Below the pieces are notes generated by a model. It was given only the letters and a program-made list of their open reading frames with translations, made no database searches and was not told the origin of the DNA. Made by a program: the position numbers and the translations under genes. Below, piece by piece: positions 1 through 8,330 of a stretch of DNA of 64,000 nucleotides. The number at the start of each line of letters is the position of its first letter. The first letter of the stretch is position 1. The DNA comes from an uncultured Bacilli bacterium (GTDB lineage Bacteria; Bacillota_I; Bacilli_A; RF39; UBA660): assembly GCA_947629935.1 (NCBI GenBank), contig CANRFQ010000001.1:95042-159041 (forward strand), read 5' to 3'.

Positions 1-257
1 TTATACGCTTCCATTTTACCTGTTATTTCATCATTCCAATATGAATAATATTGCTTAGAAGTAGCAAAAAAATTATTAACTGCATTATACATAGTCTGAT
101 AAGTTGCATTTAATGTTTGCGACCCTTTAATTGCTTTACCTAATTCAGATTTAGTTGATTGCATCCAGGTAACTTTATTATCTAAGACAGCTTTGTATTG
201 ACTAAGAGCGGTTAAAATTTCTTGCCCTGCTTTGGCGGTAATACCAACAGTTGCCAT
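1..257 (-). CDS. small alpha-helical protein, partial (N-terminus in window, C-terminus off the edge); WXG100-like, possible T7SS substrate
   Basis: ATG at 257..255 on the minus strand, open to the window edge. Translation MATVGITAKAGQEILTALSQYKAVLDNKVTWMQSTKSELGK... is predicted helical. It lies directly downstream of esxA in the T7SS operon. Confidence 0.4.
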   Translation of the reverse strand, partial: MATVGITAKAGQEILTALSQYKAVLDNKVTWMQSTKSELGKAIKGSQTLNATYQTMYNAVNNFFATSKQYYSYWNDEITGKMEAY

Positions 258-277
258 AATTCTTTCCTCCTTTTATT

Positions 278-583
278 TTAATTTTTATTTTGAAAACTTA
301 AAAATTCGTTCAATGCTTGATCTAAAGCTGTATCTATTGCTTTTTTTACAATATTAGCTTGGCCTTTTAAATCATTAATATCACTTTGAATTACTTTTTT
401 ATATCTATCTGCATCAGCACCTACCCAATTTTTATCAATAGTATTCATAATTTTTTGATAATATTCATTAGATGATTCAAATAATTTCATTAAAGCTTTA
501 TAATTTACTTCAACATTATTTTTTAATTGCATAATTGTTTCTTTGCTTCTCCCATAAGAAGCACTTCCAATATCTAATGCCAT
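278..583 (-). CDS. esxA: WXG100-family secreted protein (EsxA/YukE-like)
   Basis: 101 aa with a central W-V-G motif (KNWVGADADRY). The helical hairpin length and the position next to yukD and essC are typical of T7SSb substrates. Confidence 0.75.
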   Translation of the reverse strand: MALDIGSASYGRSKETIMQLKNNVEVNYKALMKLFESSNEYYQKIMNTIDKNWVGADADRYKKVIQSDINDLKGQANIVKKAIDTALDQALNEFLSFQNKN

Positions 584-669
584 GCGTTTCTCCTTTCTAT
601 TATATTTTTATTATACCCTATATGTTATTTTGTTATCAAGAATGCTAGTCCTCTCTATGTCAAATCATG

Positions 670-933
670 TCAATTTGCTTGAATCAATACTAATTTTGTA
701 CCATTTCGAATATTAGTATTAAATAATGTAACATCTGATTCATATAGTTCTTTAGTTTTAGCATTATATAATCTATTTGTATTTGTAATTTCAATTTCAT
801 TATTTGTTATTTCACAAATAGCTTTAGTCAATAAGTTTATAATGTTCCCAATTTTTTTAGAAATTGGCAGATAAACGTCAAATTCTTTATCAATTTCCGG
901 AACTAATATTTTAACAAATACTTTATTATTCAT
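670..933 (-). CDS. esaB: YukD/EsaB-like ubiquitin-fold T7SS protein
   Basis: 87 aa, about the size of a beta-grasp protein. It sits immediately downstream of essC with a 1-nt stop/start overlap. Confidence 0.65.
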   Translation of the reverse strand: MNNKVFVKILVPEIDKEFDVYLPISKKIGNIINLLTKAICEITNNEIEITNTNRLYNAKTKELYESDVTLFNTNIRNGTKLVLIQAN

Positions 934-3900
934 TATTCATCTCCTGCTCCTAACCCTTTTAATACTTTATATTGACCATTACATATTATATATATTGTAT
1001 CGTTATTATTGGATAAATCAGCTTTACTCAAATTTAATGGCATTATAGTTTGATTATCTACTCCTTTACCAGCCCATATAATACTATATATATTATTATT
1101 ACTATACCATTGTTCCATAGTAGTCTTTTTAAATGGTGCTGAATTATCAGTTAAAATAAAGTAAGAATTATTATAAAGACTTAAATTATTAAAGATGTCA
1201 AATAAAGAATTAATTCCCTCATCTAATACTTTATCATAAATAACGCTTATGCCATTTAAAATATAAACATTAGTTATTTTATCATTATTATTAGTTTTAA
1301 TATTTTCAATAGCTTGAGTAAACTCTGAATTAATATAATAATCCTCTCCATCAAAATCATATAAAGAATTGGCAAAATCTATAATGGTTAATTTAATAAC
1401 AGGAATAGAATTTAAAATTTTTATTAAATTAATTATAAACTTATTTTCTAATATTAAAGAATTACCTATTATAGGCGTAATTTTTTGACTAGCAAAATCA
1501 TATTTAACAATAGTGCCATCATAAATACTATATCCAATTGGAATATCTTTTAAAGAATTAATATACGGAATCATTAAATCCGCATTTATGAGTTTTGGAA
1601 TTATGGGAATACTACGAGCTTGAGGATATTGCATTTTTTCCCCAACAGACTTAATTATATCTGTAATCTGATCTTTTAAATAAATATAGGCTCCTTGGAA
1701 TTCATAAGCAGTGTCATTAACACCTATAATACCTCTTCCAAAACATTTGGCAGGAACTAACCCACTTGGTGCATTCAAAACAAATTTATAATCAAAGGAA
1801 TCGGCAACTTGGGTAGCCAATTTAATATTGAAATATTGAGAAACTCTAGTAGAAACATTATTATTAGCAGTAGCTGTTATAATAAAACTTATTCCGTATT
1901 TTGTACTATCTCTTAAAATAGAATTAAATTTTTCATCAGCCTCATTGCTACAACTATCATAGAAATTTTCATAATTATTAATTACAACTAATATAAATGG
2001 TAAAAAATTACCAGTATTAATAAAGGAGTTATAACTTCCACCATAATCGGAAAACAATTCTTTTCGACGATTTAATTCATTTTCTAACATATCAAATAGA
2101 TTATCAATTTTAGATATTTCATCAGATAGTAAGATGTCTCCTACCTGAGGAAAACTTGAGAAGACCTTAAGAGTTTCGGCTCCTAAATCAACAATATAAA
2201 TATTAATTTCCTCAGATGTATGATAAATTGATATGGAATATAATGTTGTAAGTAATAAATTTTCTTTTCCAGTACCTGGATTACCAAATATATACATATT
2301 TCCTTGATTAGTAAAATCAAATATTAAAGGTTTTTGCTCTTGATTCATAGGAATATCATATTCGCCCACAATGGGATTTATCAAATATCTACGTCCTTGA
2401 TAATTATATTTTTTTATTAAATCACCTAAATATATTTCTTTAGGGATACTAGGTAACCATAACTGAGTAAATTTAATTTTTTCACGGTTAGCTAAACTAT
2501 ACATATATCTAACTAAATTGCTTAATTGATCACCTAAATCTTGTTGACTCTCAATTTTAGCTTCATCATTTACAACTTTAATTTCTTCTCCTACATTATT
2601 AATAAACGTTATATCATCATCATAAAATTTCATTAATCTTTCAGTAGGAAAATAACGTGCCCCTGCCCAAGCCGATTGGCCTAACTCAAACGTTTCATTA
2701 TAACCTACTTGAAGATAAAATCTACCCGTTTCATTAATAGAAGCGGCTTCAGGTCTTTTTAAAAGTTCATTACTATCTTCTGGAGTTTGGACTTTTAAAC
2801 ATACTTTAAAACGAGCATTACTCCAAATTTGATCATCTACGATACCACTTGGCTTTTGAGTTGCTAAAATTAAATGAACTCCTAAACTACGACCAATACG
2901 CGCAGTTGAAACTAATTCTTCCATAAAATCAGGTTGTTGAGTTTTTAACTCCGCAAATTCATCAGAAATAATAAATAAATGTGAGATAGGAATATCTAAT
3001 TTATTTTCTCGATAAAATTTTTGATATTTATAGATATCGATTGTACTTTCCCCTAATTTTTCTCGGGCATCATTAAATAAACTTTGTCTTCTTTGCAATT
3101 CAGATTTTATAGATACTAAAGTTCTGTTCATTTCACTTTTATCTAAATTTGTAATAGATCCTACCAAATGCGGAAGTTTGATGTTAGTTTCTTTATTTTC
3201 AAATGCTCCAGCCAAGCCACCGCCTTTATAATCTATTAAAACAAATTGGACTTCATATGGATGAAAGTTCATTGCTAAAGACAGAATAAAAGTTATTATA
3301 AATTCTGATTTACCACTACCCGTAGCTCCCGCAATTAACCCATGCGGACCTTGAGCTTTCTCATGTAAATCTAAAGTAAATAATTTTCCATCAACATTTA
3401 TTCCTATAGGAACAGATAATGTAATAGTCGGATCACTACTCATCCATCTATTTAAAATATTTAACTGTTCAATTTTTCCAACTTTATACATTTCTAAAAA
3501 ATTAATATTTGTAGGCAAATTATTACCGGTAGCCGTTGAGGAGATAGGAACGTTTGCCACTAATTCAAGATATTGATCAATTCTTTTATTCATAGTTTCA
3601 ACTTTAAAGTGAGTGGTATCCTCAGCACTTAAATTTTTATTAGATATCGTTGCTAATTCGCCGTTTATTTGAATAAATCTACTACTTTTAGAGGGAACAT
3701 TTTTTAAAGATTGGTCAATAGTTAACAAAGAAAAACCATAATTATTTTGCGCATTAATTATTTTATCAATAATACCTAATTTTTTTGTTTCAATAAAATC
3801 ATCAGTTATTATTAAATAATATTCATTAAAGTTTTTATAGGCTTCTTTTTTATCTATTTTAGTATTAGAATTTTTAGCATTGCTCTCTCTTTCATTAAAT

Positions 3901-5462
3901 ATATCTTCTAAATATGTAGATATAACCCTACTATCTTCATCATTATTTGCAAAGAAATGAGCCTTTTCGCCTTTTAAGTAAAAAGTATATTTTAAGTTTT
4001 CCCATAAATAGCTTTTATTTTCGTTAGTTAAAATAACTATTTTCAAATCACTAGCACTATAATAAGTAATAATTTGAATAATTAAATAATTTAAAAAGAA
4101 TTCTTTATATTTGAAACTAGGCTCAATAATTAATGGAAGGATATTATTCTCAACCAAAGAAATGGTAATAGGCACTTCTTCTAATATTAATGGAGTATCA
4201 ATCAGTTTTTGGACTTCATCTTTTAAATTATCATCTTCCATAGAAAACTCTTCCAAAGAAGCATCTAATTTAATAGAGGCTTTGATATTACCTACACCTA
4301 ATCTTAAAGTTAAAAAATCGTTATCTAAAATTTCGCGATTCCAAAATTTATTTTTATCACTTATGGCTTTTAAACATTCTTCGGCATTTAAATTGTTTTC
4401 ATATAATATTTCTTTTTCTACTTTTATTTCATTAGCTATTTCATCGCGCTTTTTATTTAAATATTGTGTATATTTCTCTTGCCTTTTGGCTTCTTTTTTT
4501 AATTTTAACTTTTTTGTATATTTATTTAAAAGCATAGGAAACATTATTGTACCTAAAATCATACTAATACAAATAATAATTTCCGTTAAAGAAGATGCCA
4601 AAGTATTTTTCCCACTAACTACATTAAATATAGCAATTATACCTGTAATAGATGAAGATAAACTCATCATAATTGTAGCTCCCATTGTAAGTACTAAAGG
4701 TGGCTCGTTATCTTCTCTTTTTTCAGGAGGGTTAACTATTTTAATTTCTTTTTGCGTTATTTCCTTTTTTAATCTAGGCGCATGAAAAAAAGTTTGATTT
4801 TCATTAAACAAAACAATTCTTTTTTCACTATCTTTTACCGGAGTAAAATGATTATCGGAATCAATTTCTAATTTTGTCTCTTTTTCTAAATTAATTGTAC
4901 AATAATTACGAGGGTTATTTAATTTGATAAATTTATCCATAAAAATTATTTTTAAGCCACTTAAAAAGATTATATCGCCCATCACTAAATTTTTTTTATT
5001 ATATCTTTTAGAATTAACAAAAACATTTTCTGTTTTAGTTTCAAAAATCCAGTTGAAACCATCTTTATGTAAAGTTATTATCGGTGACTTTTGACTTAAA
5101 ATAGGATAAATTATATCACTGTTTCCCCCTCCAATAGTAAGATTATCTTTATTAAAAATTGAATAAGAATAATATTTAGTAGGGATATTAAAGCAATATA
5201 AGAACACGCTATCTTCTAAATCACGAAATTTTAAATTATAAAAAGAGCCATCTGTAATTTCATCTTTATCAATTAGCTCAATATCTTTATAGACACTAAC
5301 ATCATAATCACTAGAAATAGTCCAATTTCCATTTATAGCAGTAAATAAAATGTTTTCTGATACACCATTAATAGATGTATATTCTATAACAAAAGAGTCC
5401 TCAATTTTAGAAGGTAAAGTATAATTTTTTATACTAAATTTATCTGCTAAATATACCTTCAT
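933..5462 (-). CDS. essC: EssC/YukB FtsK-SpoIIIE family T7SS ATPase
   Basis: 1509 aa. The N-terminal region is FHA-like, followed by two TM segments (ITGIIAIFNVV..., ICISMILGTIMFPML) and three P-loop ATPase modules. The first Walker A is GATGSGKSE. The second (GNPGTGKEN) and third are degenerate, as is usual for EssC. Confidence 0.9.
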   Translation of the reverse strand: MKVYLADKFSIKNYTLPSKIEDSFVIEYTSINGVSENILFTAINGNWTISSDYDVSVYKDIELIDKDEITDGSFYNLKFRDLEDSVFLYCFNIPTKYYSYSIFNKDNLTIGGGNSDIIYPILSQKSPIITLHKDGFNWIFETKTENVFVNSKRYNKKNLVMGDIIFLSGLKIIFMDKFIKLNNPRNYCTINLEKETKLEIDSDNHFTPVKDSEKRIVLFNENQTFFHAPRLKKEITQKEIKIVNPPEKREDNEPPLVLTMGATIMMSLSSSITGIIAIFNVVSGKNTLASSLTEIIICISMILGTIMFPMLLNKYTKKLKLKKEAKRQEKYTQYLNKKRDEIANEIKVEKEILYENNLNAEECLKAISDKNKFWNREILDNDFLTLRLGVGNIKASIKLDASLEEFSMEDDNLKDEVQKLIDTPLILEEVPITISLVENNILPLIIEPSFKYKEFFLNYLIIQIITYYSASDLKIVILTNENKSYLWENLKYTFYLKGEKAHFFANNDEDSRVISTYLEDIFNERESNAKNSNTKIDKKEAYKNFNEYYLIITDDFIETKKLGIIDKIINAQNNYGFSLLTIDQSLKNVPSKSSRFIQINGELATISNKNLSAEDTTHFKVETMNKRIDQYLELVANVPISSTATGNNLPTNINFLEMYKVGKIEQLNILNRWMSSDPTITLSVPIGINVDGKLFTLDLHEKAQGPHGLIAGATGSGKSEFIITFILSLAMNFHPYEVQFVLIDYKGGGLAGAFENKETNIKLPHLVGSITNLDKSEMNRTLVSIKSELQRRQSLFNDAREKLGESTIDIYKYQKFYRENKLDIPISHLFIISDEFAELKTQQPDFMEELVSTARIGRSLGVHLILATQKPSGIVDDQIWSNARFKVCLKVQTPEDSNELLKRPEAASINETGRFYLQVGYNETFELGQSAWAGARYFPTERLMKFYDDDITFINNVGEEIKVVNDEAKIESQQDLGDQLSNLVRYMYSLANREKIKFTQLWLPSIPKEIYLGDLIKKYNYQGRRYLINPIVGEYDIPMNQEQKPLIFDFTNQGNMYIFGNPGTGKENLLLTTLYSISIYHTSEEINIYIVDLGAETLKVFSSFPQVGDILLSDEISKIDNLFDMLENELNRRKELFSDYGGSYNSFINTGNFLPFILVVINNYENFYDSCSNEADEKFNSILRDSTKYGISFIITATANNNVSTRVSQYFNIKLATQVADSFDYKFVLNAPSGLVPAKCFGRGIIGVNDTAYEFQGAYIYLKDQITDIIKSVGEKMQYPQARSIPIIPKLINADLMIPYINSLKDIPIGYSIYDGTIVKYDFASQKITPIIGNSLILENKFIINLIKILNSIPVIKLTIIDFANSLYDFDGEDYYINSEFTQAIENIKTNNNDKITNVYILNGISVIYDKVLDEGINSLFDIFNNLSLYNNSYFILTDNSAPFKKTTMEQWYSNNNIYSIIWAGKGVDNQTIMPLNLSKADLSNNNDTIYIICNGQYKVLKGLGAGDE

Positions 5463-5666
5463 AATATTTCACACCCTTTTTATTTACTAATTCTATTCGT
5501 GCCGAATTATAGCATTTATATATGGAGTTTGTTTGTTACATCCCTCTATTTTAATAGTATAACACAGAACCCTTTGTTTTTAAATAAATTTTAAAATTAT
5601 TAAGAATAGAGAAAAATAAAAAGCATACACAGTAAATTGTTTAATATAGGCTAGCTTGAACTTTCA

Positions 5667-6701
5667 TTATTTTCTAAAACATTTTTTTACTCTAACTAAA
5701 ATATTTTTATTTTGTTGTTCTAATTTTTCGTTTACGATATTACATATAACTTTCTGAAAATAGAAAGGACAATTACCTATTCTTATAAAAGCATTTTTAA
5801 AGATTAAATCTTCTTTATCAGTAATCTTATCATGCATCACTTCGGCTAGTTTACCTTCAAGTTCATATACATTAAATCTTGAAAATCTAAGTTGTAAAGA
5901 CCCAGCAGGATATAAATGAATAGATATCTCCCAAGGGCCAATGTTTGCTGCAAATTTGGAATTAATTAAATACCTATCAAGCTTATCATCATAGAAAAAA
6001 CTACCATATTTCATTAAGTTATCGTACATATATGATAAATCGGCAATAAGCTCGTTGCTAATATTTAATGATTGCCTATCGTCCCTATTTAATTCTACCA
6101 AAGAAAAATCTTTATTTCGATTATAAATCTTAACTAACGAATTATCGGGATTTTTCGAAATATATAACTCTTTATTACCAATATTTACAAGTAATTTGTA
6201 TTTATATTCTTCATCTATTATTGCTATAAAACATACCACACTAAAATATTCCATTTTTACATTTCCATATTTTTCGGCAAGTTCTTTATTAAATTTCTTT
6301 AATAAACCATTACATTCTTTATTAGTCTTTACAATAATTTGATTAAGATCGTATAAGCTTATAAAATCTTCAAATTCATGCATCCTATGCGTATATTTAA
6401 AATTATCATCATACAATCTTAAATAATGGTCATCTTGAATTTCTTCTTGGTTTAAAAGAGAATTAATTTCAGTTTCAGCTCTATATTTAAGCCAATTAGT
6501 AATTGATAGTTGCTTTTCTGCTTTGAAATCTAATGCCCTAATCATTCTTGAGTAATAAATATTATAAATTGGTATATTGCTATTTTCCGCCATAATTTTT
6601 TGGACACAATCATTAATTTCGTTTTCTTCTACTCTGGGAATACTAGTTACTATACTATCACTCTTTTGAGGCCAATATAAATCGCAAATTTTTACTTCCA
6701 T
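5667..6701 (-). CDS. hypothetical protein upstream of essC (possible T7SS accessory protein)
   Basis: 344-aa ORF with no TM segments and no recognisable motif. It lies immediately upstream of essC on the same strand. Confidence 0.4.
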   Translation of the reverse strand: MEVKICDLYWPQKSDSIVTSIPRVEENEINDCVQKIMAENSNIPIYNIYYSRMIRALDFKAEKQLSITNWLKYRAETEINSLLNQEEIQDDHYLRLYDDNFKYTHRMHEFEDFISLYDLNQIIVKTNKECNGLLKKFNKELAEKYGNVKMEYFSVVCFIAIIDEEYKYKLLVNIGNKELYISKNPDNSLVKIYNRNKDFSLVELNRDDRQSLNISNELIADLSYMYDNLMKYGSFFYDDKLDRYLINSKFAANIGPWEISIHLYPAGSLQLRFSRFNVYELEGKLAEVMHDKITDKEDLIFKNAFIRIGNCPFYFQKVICNIVNEKLEQQNKNILVRVKKCFRK

Positions 6702-6847
6702 TAATTATCCCTTCCTTTTTACTAAAATGCCTAGAAATTCCTTAAATTTCATATATTTTATTTTATAATTTCTAATTAGTATTTGCAAGGCATTATTACG
6801 CATAAACTCATATATTTTAGAATTTTTTCCATTGAAAAAGTGACCAG

Positions 6848-7270
6848 TTAGTCACTTATTTCTACATATTTCTTTTCTGGTAATTCTTTTTTCTCGTCTT
6901 TTTTCGGAACATTTAATTTTAAGGTACCATTTTTAAAAGAAGCGCTAACATCTTCAGTTTGAATATCTTTTCCGACATAAAAGCTACGAGAACATTTGCC
7001 AAAGTATCTTTCTTTACGAACAAAACGGCCTTCTTCTTTTTCTTCGCTGTTTTCATTTTTAGAGGCTGTTACTGTTAAATAACCGTCTTCTACTTCAATT
7101 TGGATGTCGTTTTTTTCATAACCTGGTAAATCAATTTCGATTAAGTAATGATTGTCTTTTTCTTTAATATCTGTTTTCATGATGTTTTTTTCTTTAGGGA
7201 AATCCCAAAAATCATCAAAGCTATCAAATAAATCGAAATTGCGTTTTCTTGGGTACAACATTTTTAACAC
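6848..7270 (-). CDS. Hsp20/alpha-crystallin small heat-shock protein
   Basis: 140 aa with an alpha-crystallin domain pattern (YLIEIDLPGYEKNDIQIEVEDGYLTVTA...GTLKLNVPK). Confidence 0.85.
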   Translation of the reverse strand: MLKMLYPRKRNFDLFDSFDDFWDFPKEKNIMKTDIKEKDNHYLIEIDLPGYEKNDIQIEVEDGYLTVTASKNENSEEKEEGRFVRKERYFGKCSRSFYVGKDIQTEDVSASFKNGTLKLNVPKKDEKKELPEKKYVEISD

Positions 7271-7318
7271 TTCCTTTCTAAATTCATTATAGCACTTTTG
7301 CAGTTTTTTTATGCAAAA

Positions 7319-8239
7319 TTATTTTAAATATTGCGCATATACCCAAGCATTCTGTCCAATTTTTGTCCACCCGTTTTTTTCTTCTAAAACACTAACTACT
7401 GTATTAACAGGAATACTTTTTAAAATCTTCCCATTGTTATAGTTTTGCCGAACATTAAGGGATTGGCAATTATAAACTTCCATGCTTTTATAATGTTTAG
7501 ATGGCTTAGATGAGGTAAGAAAATTGTTACTAACCCACATACCCGTTTCAATGCGAGCCCAACTACCATTTATCTCATAAACTCTTACTGCGGTATTAGC
7601 AGAAAGACTATTTACAATAGAATAATTAGTGCCGGGACCTGTTCTTTCATTTAAATCCGTAGTAGTATATTTAATACCTAAATTATTAGGGCTAGGTTCT
7701 ATCGGATTTACAGTCTCATCTTCTATTTTGAAAGAATATTTTTTTCCTTTATAAATATCATTTTTGATAATAGTATCTTTCTTTAAAAATAAATATTCTT
7801 CACATTTTACGGCATTATCTATCATATAAACCCCTTGGGAATTTTTATGCCAACCACAAGTACCTAAACCTAATTCCATATGTAAATGATTACCAGAAGC
7901 ATTTCCCGTTTTTCCTTCATGACAAACAAGTTCTCCTTGTTTAAAGGTTTGACCAACTTGTAAGTTAGCAATATCTTCAGGATGGACAATCATCATCGTT
8001 AAATATTCTTCTTGGCCATTGGCACATAATACTTTATCTAAACTAGTAAGCCAAATGGTATAAGCATGACCGGCTTTGACATATTTTTTGGTAACTTTAC
8101 AAGAAAACGGCGCATAAATATCGTCTTTGCCCGTATCCTTTCCGGCAGTATCTAGAGCATATGTTCCTTGATGGGTGCTACTATTTAAATAACCTTGGGT
8201 TAAATTATAATATTTCATAGGAAAATAAGCTTTTTCCAT
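7319..8239 (-). CDS. M23 (LytM) peptidase fused to two bacterial SH3 (SH3b) domains; cell-wall hydrolase or endolysin-like
   Basis: HxH metal motif (GNHLHMELG) and two C-terminal SH3b-like repeats (RVYEINGSWARIETGMW and VVSVLEEKNGWTKIGQNAW). The start was moved to the ATG at 8239, which has SD AGAGGGAA. No signal peptide is present. Confidence 0.65.
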   Translation of the reverse strand: MEKAYFPMKYYNLTQGYLNSSTHQGTYALDTAGKDTGKDDIYAPFSCKVTKKYVKAGHAYTIWLTSLDKVLCANGQEEYLTMMIVHPEDIANLQVGQTFKQGELVCHEGKTGNASGNHLHMELGLGTCGWHKNSQGVYMIDNAVKCEEYLFLKKDTIIKNDIYKGKKYSFKIEDETVNPIEPSPNNLGIKYTTTDLNERTGPGTNYSIVNSLSANTAVRVYEINGSWARIETGMWVSNNFLTSSKPSKHYKSMEVYNCQSLNVRQNYNNGKILKSIPVNTVVSVLEEKNGWTKIGQNAWVYAQYLK

Positions 8240-8330
8240 TTCATTCCCTCTTTCTAATTTCATTGTATGAAAAAGGAACATTTTTGGTATGTATGAATAT
8301 AATATAGTCACCAAAAAACACCCGAAGGTG

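Noticed and set aside
4111-4785. 224-aa + strand ORF inside essC
   Set aside because: Antisense to a well-supported 1509-aa gene and has low-complexity composition. The same applies to the other antisense ORFs listed inside leuS, GH31, rpoD, tyrS, the ABC genes and the recombinases.
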